In this document: piece by piece, positions 17,253-25,860 of the stretch
Layout of the letters: each line of letters opens with the position of its first letter
Position numbering within the stretch: the stretch's first letter is position 1
From: Desulfotalea psychrophila LSv54
GTDB lineage: Bacteria; Desulfobacterota; Desulfobulbia; Desulfobulbales; Desulfocapsaceae
Direction: 5' to 3'
Assembly (NCBI RefSeq): GCF_000025945.1
Contig: NC_006138.1
Span: forward strand, 3,210,001-3,242,000
DNA: 32,000 nt
Program-made: the position numbers and the translations under genes
The notes under the pieces: model-generated
Database searches by the model: none
What the model was told of the DNA's origin: nothing
The model's input: only the letters and a program-made list of their open reading frames with translations

Positions 17253-18796
17253 TGAATTTCACCTAATGTAATTGGGAAAAGTTGGATAAAACTATCACCA
17301 AGTCCGGCGATCTTTTGTTGCCAGAGCAGGGTCTCCGTCTCTTTTGGACTGACCAGTGAACCATCTGCCAAACTATTAACAAGTAGTACCTCAACTGTGG
17401 TTTGGGTTTTTTCTCTTATTGTTTGCACATAGGAGAGGAACTCGGTGAGGGGAACCATATTAGCCTCCATTACAATGAAGATAGGACAGTGCTGCTTGCT
17501 ATTCTGCAGAGCAAGTTGGTCGACAATCTCTTGGTCAGAAGCGTAGTCGGCCATAAAGGTGATCAACCGTTCGGCTCTATATCCATGCTGGAGGAGCAAT
17601 GTCTTGAGTATATTATCATGGCGGGCATTTCTGATGTCTGCTGCAATCAGTACTGTAACTGTTGCCTGGTGGCCAGTTTGCGATTGCTCGTCGCCTGTAT
17701 GAGAGAACCGACGATCCTTATCTGTTGCATCGGCACCGATGGTTTGTCCCGGCTCTTTCTCACTTTTTTGCTCATAGATGGGGGTGCGCATCCGGTGAAA
17801 GAGTTTTTGGTATTCTGCTCTTCGCGTGGTGGATGACTGAAGACTCTTTCTCTCTTGTAAGAGGGCAATTAAAAAGAGAAGTATCCGGGGCAGAAGACCA
17901 TAGGTCAAGAGACAGAGGATAAGAAACGGCCACCAGGATGAGAGGTTTTGATTTGCTAAGTGATAGATACCATCTTTTAGAATAATCCGACTACCGGCAA
18001 TTTGTTCAAGGGTTGGGTTGGCGTGGGCGAGAAGGCTGCTCCAGTTCCAGGGGGCAGAGACAATTTGCACCATGGTCTGGATATATTCAGTGCTCAGTCT
18101 CAAAGTAGATTGCCAGCCAAAAGCGATATCTGAGGTGATAATTTTATACAGAGCGCCAAAAAGAAGGCCGATGTTGAGGCTTATGCTAGCTGACTGATGT
18201 ATACGATTAAAGAGAGAGGAGAGGTCAACCGAATAGCCTTTATTTTGTTTGAGAATCCCCAGTGCATGTTCATAGTTTAATCGTTTCTCTGCCGGAAATT
18301 TTGCGATTAATGGCCCTGCCAAAAACGAGGTGAAGAGGGCAAGGCAATATCGTATCAGTGGCGGTGACAGTGACTTCTGCCCTTGGCCAAGCGAGCGAAT
18401 GAGCCTGACGAGAAGGGCAAGCGTTATGGTGCATAGCTGGCTGCCGATGAAGATAATTATAAATGAAAATATATTGATAGGTGTAGTGCCGGAATAATAT
18501 AAAAAAGTAGTAGTGGCAGAAATACCAACGAAGAAACTGATGACCAAGAGGATGAGATGGATGCGACTGAGAGCCTTTGAGACAATGGTACCGATGCTTT
18601 CTGTATCGATACATTGCTTGCCTCGTTGAGCGGCTAACCATATTGAGAGCAGTCTTGCTGAATCTTCTTGTCCATCTTTTGGCACATATTCCAGGAAAAG
18701 AGCTCGATCCCGCTTGTGGAGTTCCTGCCAGTTTTTTTGCCGGTCAAGATGGAAAAAAAAAGCAGCATCTATTATGTCTCGGTATTTGGGATTCAT
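17249..18796 (-). CDS. Polytopic membrane protein, probable DUF2868 family, partner of the downstream GTPase
   Basis: 515-aa ORF with a soluble N-terminal ~70 aa and several hydrophobic helices in the middle (LILLVISFFVGISATTTFLY, IFSFIIIFIGSQLCTITLALLV, WWPFLILCLLTYGLLPRILLFLIALL). The C-terminal ~160 aa are soluble. The family name is recalled, not verified. Confidence 0.7.
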   Translation of the reverse strand: MNPKYRDIIDAAFFFHLDRQKNWQELHKRDRALFLEYVPKDGQEDSARLLSIWLAAQRGKQCIDTESIGTIVSKALSRIHLILLVISFFVGISATTTFLYYSGTTPINIFSFIIIFIGSQLCTITLALLVRLIRSLGQGQKSLSPPLIRYCLALFTSFLAGPLIAKFPAEKRLNYEHALGILKQNKGYSVDLSSLFNRIHQSASISLNIGLLFGALYKIITSDIAFGWQSTLRLSTEYIQTMVQIVSAPWNWSSLLAHANPTLEQIAGSRIILKDGIYHLANQNLSSWWPFLILCLLTYGLLPRILLFLIALLQERKSLQSSTTRRAEYQKLFHRMRTPIYEQKSEKEPGQTIGADATDKDRRFSHTGDEQSQTGHQATVTVLIAADIRNARHDNILKTLLLQHGYRAERLITFMADYASDQEIVDQLALQNSKQHCPIFIVMEANMVPLTEFLSYVQTIREKTQTTVEVLLVNSLADGSLVSPKETETLLWQQKIAGLGDSFIQLFPITLGEIQ

Positions 18797-19003
18797 AGCC
18801 TATTTGTACCAGAAAAAGAACGAAGCTTCTATGCTGATTGTAGGAGTAGGACAGTATAATGCTTAAAGCTTCGGATAAAGTCGTTTTAGCCTTACTGGTA
18901 CATCATCAATTCAAAATGACAAAAGCAATTAAGCACTGACAAGCAAAGAGGAGATAGACAGTGTTGCAACGATTTTACAGCGGAATAGAGCTTCGTGCGG
19001 TCG

Positions 19004-19297
19004 CCCTCTTGCAGAAGCTCGCAAAGCCCTAAATCAATAAAATGACCCTTGCAGGGATCTGCAAAGACCATTTTATTGCTCCGACAGCCCTTGCATGAAC
19101 CCGCAAAGACCATTTTATTGCTCCGATAGCCCTTGCACGAACCTGCAAAGACTGTTTTCTTGAGTAGACAACCCTTGCACGAACCTGCAAAGACTGTTTT
19201 CTTGAGTAGACAGCTCTTGCACGAACCCGCAAAGGCTACTTTAGTGCTGAGATAGCGTTTGCAGAGACCTGTAAGGATAATTTTATATCTAGGTCAG
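19004..19297 (+). repeat. Non-coding tandem array 2: about 7 units with an exact 42-bp period
   Basis: Units phased at 19004, 19046, 19088, 19130, 19172, 19214 and 19256, with a degenerate unit from 19298. Units at 19130 and 19172 differ only at the last base (CCCTTGCACGAACCTGCAAAGACTGTTTTCTTGAGTAGACAR). Each unit carries TTGCA-N6-TGCAA or TTGC-N8-GCAA. Confidence 0.9.
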
Positions 19298-19513
19298 GCT
19301 TTGCACGCCTATCTGCTTGCTGTCGTGTCTGAGTTTTCTGCATAAAAACCTTCTATTTGCAGTGCAGTTCACAATACCTTGTAAGCATGAAACCAATGGC
19401 AGCCAACGGCTTAGACGATATTCCAAGGGATTAGGACTTCGTGCGGTCCCAATTATTAGTAACAGAATTTGAGCTATAAAATTTTACAGAAAACTTCAGA
19501 AGGAAAGCTGACA

Positions 19514-19996
19514 ATGCAATATGGTATTAAAGAAATTCAGGCCGAGCAGGACGAGGCAGTTTGTCGAATCATTAAAGCCGTCGGTGCTGAGCACGGAGCC
19601 ATCGGCGAAGGTTTTGGCCCCTCCGACCCAGAAGTAGAGAGAATGAGTCATTTCTATATGGGAGAGCAGAAGAGTATCTACCTTATTGCCACAGTTAATG
19701 GTCAAGTTGTCGGTGGTAGTGGTATTGCTGCCTTCAATGGCAGTGCTGAGATCTGTGAACTGCGAAAACTATTTTTACTGGCGGAGAGTCGTGGCCTGGG
19801 GCTGGGCAAAAAATTAACCGATGAATGTTTAACCTTTGCCCGCGAAAATGGCTACAGGCAGTGCTATCTGGATACCCTTGCCAATATGAAACCAGCAATA
19901 GCCCTCTATGAGAAGTTGGGATTCAGACATCTGCAGAGACCACTTGAGGGTACCATCCACAGCGGTTGCGATGTTTGGATGCTCAAGGATCTATAG
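19514..19996 (+). CDS. GNAT family N-acetyltransferase
   Basis: Acetyl-CoA binding motif region ..LRKLFLLAESRGLGLGKKL.. and a typical C-terminal YEKLGF. AGGAAAG lies 7 nt upstream of the ATG at 19514; the ORF-track start at 19469 is TTG. Confidence 0.85.
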   Translation: MQYGIKEIQAEQDEAVCRIIKAVGAEHGAIGEGFGPSDPEVERMSHFYMGEQKSIYLIATVNGQVVGGSGIAAFNGSAEICELRKLFLLAESRGLGLGKKLTDECLTFARENGYRQCYLDTLANMKPAIALYEKLGFRHLQRPLEGTIHSGCDVWMLKDL

Positions 19997-20084
19997 AGCA
20001 GGAAAAGAGTAACAGGACGTATGACCCGCCTGCTACTCGATGTAAGGCTCCTCCCTACTGAGAGGAGAGGAGCACTATCAATCA

Positions 20085-21398
20085 CTACAAATCAAGCTCA
20101 CACATGGCAAAGACAGCATTGGTGAGGAACTCTGCCGCAGGGGCAAGGGTCGCCTCGTTGAAGTCAAAGCGGTAGTTGTGATGACCTGCTACAAGTTCGG
20201 TGCCCGCCAGACAGTAGGAGGCAATGCCACCCTGCTCCTGAACTGCGGCCATGAACTCGGTCACATCATCACTGCCACCAAATTCCACATAGTCCTCGAT
20301 AAGTTCAGACTGAAAAAAGGAGACCTTCTCGGCAGACTGGCGCAGAAGGGCAATCATTTCAGCATCACTCTCACCACTCTTACAGCCACCCATCATCTTT
20401 ATCTGCCAGGCCTGATCATACATCCCGGCACTATGCTTAATAACCTTCTTGGCCTTTTCCAACATAAAGTCATTGAGTTCCGTAGTCTCCCCACGAGTCT
20501 CTGACACCAGAGTTGCCTGAGCCGGGATGATATTACGTCCCTCTCCCGCCTCCATGCGACCAACGGTTATACGGGTGGCCCCACCTGAATGACGAGGAAT
20601 GGCATGCATATTCAGCGAGGCAGTGGCCGCCGCCAAAAGAGAGTTCTGCCCCTCTTCCGGATAGGCCCCCGCATGGGAGGAGACACCGGTAAAGTGAGCA
20701 TCGAACTTACTGGTGGCCAAAAACTTACCAGCGCCAAGGATCAATCCGCCGGTATGAAATGCCTTAAAACCCATATGACAACCGACAAGGGCCTTTATAC
20801 CATCGACCACGCCCGCCCTGACCATGGGCAGGGCGCCACGCACCCCCTCTTCTGCCGGTTGAAAGATAAGGCGAATGTTTTGCGATACAGACTCCCGCAG
20901 CTGAGCAAGAGCCAAGGCAATACCAAGACCAATAGTGGCATTACCATCATGACCACAGGCATGACAGGAGCCATTGTTCCTGGAGGAAAATCCCTCATCA
21001 AAGGGGCGATGTCCCACCTCCTCACACTCCTGCAGGGTGTTTGAATCAATATCAAAACGCAGGGCAATCCTGGCGGCGGGGCCAGCCTTAAGATCGGCTA
21101 CCAGACCGGTAAATCCACCGCGCATTTTTTCTACGAGATCCGGATTTGCCCCCTGTGCTATTGCCCTCTCCGCTGCCGCATGCAGGGCCTCATCGTCGGG
21201 CAGTCCCATCCGGAAATCGGCATCAAGCACCTCACGCCCCATCTTGACATGATAACCTGCCTCAATGAGAATATCGGCAATAAAGGCAGTGGCCCAAAAT
21301 TCTGTCCAACCACTTTCTGCATGATTATGCAGTTTGCGACCAAACTCAACCAAACGTGATTCCAGTTCTTCTAGTATCCGATGAATTTTTTCAGACAT
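20085..21398 (-). CDS. M20-family amidohydrolase (AbgA / hippurate-hydrolase-like)
   Basis: Motifs ..ALRFDIDS.., ACGHDGN.., RLIFQPAEEG..GA and GCH are consistent with the M20D metal-binding pattern. Length is 437 aa. Confidence 0.82.
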   Translation of the reverse strand: MSEKIHRILEELESRLVEFGRKLHNHAESGWTEFWATAFIADILIEAGYHVKMGREVLDADFRMGLPDDEALHAAAERAIAQGANPDLVEKMRGGFTGLVADLKAGPAARIALRFDIDSNTLQECEEVGHRPFDEGFSSRNNGSCHACGHDGNATIGLGIALALAQLRESVSQNIRLIFQPAEEGVRGALPMVRAGVVDGIKALVGCHMGFKAFHTGGLILGAGKFLATSKFDAHFTGVSSHAGAYPEEGQNSLLAAATASLNMHAIPRHSGGATRITVGRMEAGEGRNIIPAQATLVSETRGETTELNDFMLEKAKKVIKHSAGMYDQAWQIKMMGGCKSGESDAEMIALLRQSAEKVSFFQSELIEDYVEFGGSDDVTEFMAAVQEQGGIASYCLAGTELVAGHHNYRFDFNEATLAPAAEFLTNAVFAMCELDL

Positions 21399-21744
21399 AA
21401 AACCTCCTAAAACATTTTATGGGGAGATAGAGCGCTCTCTGCTACCAGATGAAAAGCATACGATCACAAAAGAGAAAGGGAATAAGACCCTTAAATATTT
21501 CTTCAACCCGGACAACACCACCAAAGACAAAGGCATTAAGCCCCATCGGAGGAATATATCTAACAATCTTGTTGGATTTCAAATAGTTGATCGCAAAGGT
21601 ATAGTTTTGGGCCAAGCACTACATACAAAAAGCATATCTATATCAATGTTTTTCACACATTTCAAGGAAGTTTAGCCTTACATTAAGAGCAGCTTTTTGG
21701 GGAAAGATATAGAGGAGAGGAGGGGGCGAAGAAATAGGGGGCGT

Positions 21745-21783
21745 GAAAAACATTCACCCTGCACCGAGAGGAGCAGGATGAAT
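21745..21783 (-). terminator. Rho-independent terminator downstream of rlmB (minus strand)
   Basis: Stem ATTCACCCTGC (21752-21762) / GCAGGATGAAT (21773-21783) with one mismatch. The plus-strand A5 at 21746-21750 gives a T-run after the hairpin on the minus strand. Confidence 0.7.
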
Positions 21784-21800
21784 ATTTACTGGGTAAAAAA

Positions 21801-22688
21801 TTAGCTCACCAGTGACTGACGCATGGCCTCAAAGAGGATGACCGCGGCAGCGACAGAGCTGTTCAAAGAATCCAGCTCACCAACCATGGGAATTGAAAGT
21901 TGGATATCACATTCACGTCGAACAAGGGGACGAATACCTGTTCCCTCACTACCAACAACAATACAGGCTGGCACATTCAAATCGGCATCAAAGAGAGAAA
22001 CAGCATCGGCATCCTTGATGGCCCCGAAAACCCAGGCGCCAACCTTCTTCAACTCGGCAAGGGATTTCACCAGATTTGTTACCTGACAAATATCCATATG
22101 CGAAATAGCGCCAGCAGAGGACTTTGCCGCAGTACCACCAAGCGGGGCTGAACGCTCCCGGGTCAACAGCACCCCGATGGCCCCGGAGGCCAGGGCAGAG
22201 CGAACAATAGCGCCAAGATTATGTGGATCCTGCAAAGAGTCACAGACAATAATACGTGGTTTTTCGCCCCGATCTACGGCATCTTTAAATTTCTGCAAAA
22301 AATCTGCAAAATCCATCAGATCTGCCTGGGTAACCTTGGCGATAACACCCTGATGACGGGCACTGGCCGCCCCATCTCCCTGCAGTGAGATAGAATCAAT
22401 AAAGGTTACCTTCACCTTAGCAGCTCGGGCAAGCTCAACAATTTCATCAAACTTGGCGCCCCTTCTATCCTTTTGGGCAATAATCTCACTAATACGATTC
22501 GGCTCATACTTAAGTGCCTCTACAATGGGGTGAATGCCCCAGATAAGATCTTCACTAAAGCGAATGCGCCGATCTTGGGTCGCAGCTTTTTTATCCTGAC
22601 CGGCAGATTTATTATCTCGACGAGGAGCACCACGATCTGCCTTTGCCTGAACACCTGATCCAGCTTGGTTTGTTTTTTTATTTTTCAT
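21801..22688 (-). CDS. rlmB: 23S rRNA (guanosine-2'-O)-methyltransferase RlmB (SpoU/TrmH family) with basic N-terminal extension
   Basis: SpoU substrate-binding-like segment (IWGIHPIVEAL..) plus the TrmH motifs DPHNLGAIVRSA, VVGSEGTGI and IPM.G..DSLN.S.A. The N-terminal ~45 aa are Lys/Arg/Gln-rich. Confidence 0.85.
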   Translation of the reverse strand: MKNKKTNQAGSGVQAKADRGAPRRDNKSAGQDKKAATQDRRIRFSEDLIWGIHPIVEALKYEPNRISEIIAQKDRRGAKFDEIVELARAAKVKVTFIDSISLQGDGAASARHQGVIAKVTQADLMDFADFLQKFKDAVDRGEKPRIIVCDSLQDPHNLGAIVRSALASGAIGVLLTRERSAPLGGTAAKSSAGAISHMDICQVTNLVKSLAELKKVGAWVFGAIKDADAVSLFDADLNVPACIVVGSEGTGIRPLVRRECDIQLSIPMVGELDSLNSSVAAAVILFEAMRQSLVS

Positions 22689-22690
22689 TA

Positions 22691-23308
22691 TTACTCAACA
22701 ACTAATTTTATAGGTAAGCCTGCAGGAGTTCTGCGAGACTTTGCTCTTTCTGCCCAAATAATTGATTTAAGAAGTGTTGACGCCTGGGCAAGATCATCAT
22801 TTACAATCAAATAGTCATACTTACGAGACGACAGCATTTCTCCTGCGGCATTGCCCATACGCAACTTAATTGTCTCTTCACTGTCACTTCCCCTCTTACG
22901 CAGTCGCTCTTCCAGAACACTGAGATCAGGCGGAGCAATAAAGATATAGGTCGCAGGCAGGCTTGCTGACTCCATTAAGATAGTCGCACCCTGTACATCT
23001 ATATCAAGAACAACATCAACACCCTCAGAGAGTTGAGCCATCACGGCTTCACGGCTCGTACCATAGTAATTTTTATGCACATAGGCCGATTCAAGAAAAA
23101 TGCCCTTTTCCTGCATCTCTATAAAGTCTTCCTGCTCGACAAAATGGTAGTCCACCCCGTCCTGCTCTCCTGGGCGGGCAGTCCGAGTTGTGTGTGAGAT
23201 AGAAAAATTCAGCCTCCCCACATTTGCCATAACCCTTCCAAGTATTGTCGTTTTGCCAGCTCCTGACGGGGCAGAAATAACAAAAAGCTTCCCTTTATTC
23301 ATTTTCAT
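22691..23308 (-). CDS. gmk: Guanylate kinase
   Basis: [15 protein letters not shown]-loop, ISHTTR.PR.GE.DG.DY.F and YGT. I chose the ATG at 23308, which has AAAAGG 6 nt upstream, over the ORF-track start at 23344. Confidence 0.93.
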   Translation of the reverse strand: MKMNKGKLFVISAPSGAGKTTILGRVMANVGRLNFSISHTTRTARPGEQDGVDYHFVEQEDFIEMQEKGIFLESAYVHKNYYGTSREAVMAQLSEGVDVVLDIDVQGATILMESASLPATYIFIAPPDLSVLEERLRKRGSDSEETIKLRMGNAAGEMLSSRKYDYLIVNDDLAQASTLLKSIIWAERAKSRRTPAGLPIKLVVE

Positions 23309-23594
23309 TATATACCTTTTTCCCCTGTTCCCTACACTCTCCAAGCTGTAAATCTATCCTCATAGCCTGTAACCTTTGACTTATTGTATCGGATTGAACC
23401 GACGAGAGAACAACATGGTTGGAGTCCATAACAAGCATAGACCTCGTCCGACGCCCCTCTGTTACATCAATAAGTTTACCATTTTTTTTGGCAATCTCTC
23501 GTATCTTGCGAGCGGGCGATGAACCTGTGTTAACAACCGCAACAACCCTACCCACCATCACCGTATTGCCAAAACCAACATTGAGAAGTTGCAT
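23295..23594 (-). CDS. remA: RemA/DUF370 family protein
   Basis: [19 protein letters not shown]...[38 protein letters not shown] matches the RemA signature. It lies in the conserved yicC-remA-gmk arrangement and its 3' end overlaps the gmk start by 14 nt. Confidence 0.85.
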   Translation of the reverse strand: MQLLNVGFGNTVMVGRVVAVVNTGSSPARKIREIAKKNGKLIDVTEGRRTRSMLVMDSNHVVLSSVQSDTISQRLQAMRIDLQLGECREQGKKVYNENE

Positions 23595-23682
23595 ACAGCA
23601 CCCTTTGAAAAAATTCTTCCACTCGGTAACCACCTTCCCCAGAACCCCTTAAGGGTCTGGAGAAAATATTACCTGTAAAAAA

Positions 23683-24576
23683 TTATTCGATATTCTGTAT
23701 CTGCTCACGTATCTTTTCCAACTCACTCTTAAGGGCTACCGTAAGATGGGCTATATCTGCATCGTTGATCTTTGAGGCAATGGTATTCACCTCGCGCAGA
23801 AATTCCTGAATCAAAAAATCCAGTTTACGACCAACGGTCCCTTCCTCTTCCACAAAACGGGAAAACTGAGCGATATGGCTACGGAGACGAACAATTTCCT
23901 CTGTCACATCAGTCTTATCCGCCAAGAGAGCTATCTCTTGGGCAAGACGAAGAGGATCAAGCTGAACATTGTCGAGCAGCTTCTGCAGTCTCTCCTGAAG
24001 AGCCTGATGACGCTGAGCCACAAGCGCAGGAACATGGAGCTCTATCTCTTCAACGGTCTTTGAAAAAAATCTCAACCGGCCAAGCAGATCCTCCATTAAA
24101 ATTTCTCCCTCCTGAAGACGCATAAGATCGCAACCCGTAAGGGCAGCCTCTATGGCTCCAGAGAGGACAGGCCAGACAACCTCTTCAAGATCCTCACTCT
24201 TTTGCTCCCGAACCAAGACCTCAGGGAACGTTGCCAACTGGAGTGCTGTCAGCTCAGAAGCACAGCCACAGCTCTCTGCAATTCCACCAAGGGCATCCTG
24301 ATACTTTTGGGCAAGAGAGGTATTCACCGAGAGCTCTACCAAATCAGAAAAATCACCCTGAACATTAACCAGCAGATCCACACGTCCACGCTGAAAATGT
24401 TCTGATACGGCGTTGCGCACTCGATCTTCCAGACTTGCATAGCCCCTTGGCAATTTTATTTTCACATCCAGATAACGATTATTGACACTGCGAACCTCGA
24501 CATTCCAAGTGCGAGTACTGTTCTCCGCTTCCCCTCTGCCAAATCCCGTCATACTCTTAACTGACATAGTTTTCAC
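23683..24576 (-). CDS. yicC: YicC/YloC family (stress-induced, endoribonuclease) protein
   Basis: N-terminal SMTGFGRGE....W.VE.RSVN.RYLD and C-terminal REVNTI.SK......VE.K.E.EK.REQ.QN.E are both typical of YicC. The start could instead be the ATG 9 nt downstream. Confidence 0.9.
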   Translation of the reverse strand: MKTMSVKSMTGFGRGEAENSTRTWNVEVRSVNNRYLDVKIKLPRGYASLEDRVRNAVSEHFQRGRVDLLVNVQGDFSDLVELSVNTSLAQKYQDALGGIAESCGCASELTALQLATFPEVLVREQKSEDLEEVVWPVLSGAIEAALTGCDLMRLQEGEILMEDLLGRLRFFSKTVEEIELHVPALVAQRHQALQERLQKLLDNVQLDPLRLAQEIALLADKTDVTEEIVRLRSHIAQFSRFVEEEGTVGRKLDFLIQEFLREVNTIASKINDADIAHLTVALKSELEKIREQIQNIE

Positions 24577-24685
24577 TCTCTATGTTATTTTTTATTTCGC
24601 TCTGATTTTGAAGCTATGATCCCTTTAGGGGCGGCAAAAAAATGCCCTCAGGCTACCCTTTACAACAAAGATAGGCATAAAACAA

Positions 24686-24721
24686 CAAAACGATACAGAG
24701 GAAATCCTCTGTATCGTTTTT
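24686..24721. terminator. Bidirectional rho-independent terminator downstream of skp
   Basis: Perfect 12-bp stem ACGATACAGAGG (24690-24701) / CCTCTGTATCGT (24706-24717) with an AAAT loop. It is flanked by A-run and T-run tracts. Confidence 0.85.
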
Positions 24722-24762
24722 CAAGGCTAGCATAACGCTACCCAAAGTAATCTCAAATAAAA

Positions 24763-25287
24763 CTACTTAGCCATAGCTGCATCAAGCTTTTTGAGAATTG
24801 TAGAGGTAACCAGAATGCCGTCATCATAATACAAGACACCTGACTTCGCCTCTAGAATGGCAGCATAACCATTCTTTTCACCAAAGGCAGAAACCACCTT
24901 TTCAAGGGATCCCAAAATAGGTTGGAGTTCCTTGTCTTGAAATTTTTTCAAGATCATACGGCTGTTATTTTCCTTGACTTGAAAAGCACGTACCTTCACC
25001 TGAAAATCACGGATCTTTTCAGCAGCCTTCTTTTCGCTCCAAACACTGCTCTTCTTATCAATTTCTGTCTTTAAAGTATCAAGAGCGAGCCGATCAGCCT
25101 TGAGATCTCCCTGCACACTCTTTACCTTTGCCTCAACGCGAGCTGAAGCGGTCTTACCCGCCTTGCACTCAGTAATAATTTTCTGCACATCCATCACGCC
25201 AATTTTAGTTACGGCAGCGTAGGCAGATGAAACAAAAAGAGCACAAACGGATAGAACAACCACAAAGAGTGACTTTTTATAATTCAT
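24763..25287 (-). CDS. skp: OmpH/Skp family periplasmic chaperone
   Basis: Signal peptide MNYKKSLFVVVLSVCALFVSSAYA followed by KIGVMDVQKI and a long Lys/Glu-rich coiled-coil region. The size is typical of Skp. Confidence 0.78.
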   Translation of the reverse strand: MNYKKSLFVVVLSVCALFVSSAYAAVTKIGVMDVQKIITECKAGKTASARVEAKVKSVQGDLKADRLALDTLKTEIDKKSSVWSEKKAAEKIRDFQVKVRAFQVKENNSRMILKKFQDKELQPILGSLEKVVSAFGEKNGYAAILEAKSGVLYYDDGILVTSTILKKLDAAMAK

Positions 25288-25326
25288 ACCTTCCTCAAAA
25301 TAAATTTGTGCGTCAGTCAACTAATA

Positions 25327-25860
25327 TTATTTAGCAACAACGAAATCACAACGACGGTTTTGGCTCCAAGCATCTTCGCTTTGTCCATTGAGCAAGAGAC
25401 GCTCTTTACCATAACTTACGGTGGTCAATCGAGCCTCTTCAACACCTAAATCCATCAGGTATTGCTGGGCGCTAAGGGCACGACGTTCGCCAAGGGCCAT
25501 ATTATACTCATCGGTACCGCGAGAATCGGTATTACCTTCGATGCGTACCATATAATCAACATTTGCATCCATAAAGTCAGCATTTACCTGTACGCGTGGT
25601 TTTTGATCTTCGCCCACAGCAGATGAATCAAAGTTAAAATAAACAGGAAGCATTCCTTCAGTGGTACGCGCTTCACCGATACCCAAGGGAACAACAACGG
25701 TATCAAGGGGTTCTTCAATTACCACAACCTCTTCAACAACCTCTGTCATCAAAACAGGATCAGCACACTCCTCACCTGGTTTTACACAGGTACAACCAGC
25801 CAGAGTCAACACAGAAAGTCCAACAAGTGCAGGGAACAACAATTTCACATTTAAAGTCAT
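25327..25860 (-). CDS. pal: Peptidoglycan-associated lipoprotein (OmpA-C domain)
   Basis: Lipobox LTLAGC after the signal peptide. The OmpA-like C-terminus reads ..VYFNFDSS.........N........V.IEGNTDSRGT.EYN.ALGERRA......L...GV......VSYGKE. ATG at 25860 gives the MTLNVKLL.. start. Confidence 0.85.
   Translation of the reverse strand: MTLNVKLLFPALVGLSVLTLAGCTCVKPGEECADPVLMTEVVEEVVVIEEPLDTVVVPLGIGEARTTEGMLPVYFNFDSSAVGEDQKPRVQVNADFMDANVDYMVRIEGNTDSRGTDEYNMALGERRALSAQQYLMDLGVEEARLTTVSYGKERLLLNGQSEDAWSQNRRCDFVVAK

Noticed and set aside
19130-19213. Sigma-54 promoters inside array 2 (TTGCACGAACCTGCA resembles TGGCACG-N4-TTGCW)
   Set aside because: The invariant GG of the -24 element is TG here, and the -12 GC is shifted by one position. 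The resemblance is probably a by-product of the TTGCA/TGCAA palindrome.
18892-19232. Minus-strand ORFs 18892-19113 and 19029-19232 across array 2
   Set aside because: Same artefact: the translations (..RARAVYSRKQSLQV.. repeated) simply mirror the 42-bp DNA period. There is no start context.
21427-21436. 10-bp perfect palindrome AGAGCGCTCT about 30 bp upstream of the M20 amidohydrolase start, as a possible operator
   Set aside because: It is short and isolated. It sits between the likely RBS and the promoter with no second half-site or repeat, so it is not distinguishable from chance.
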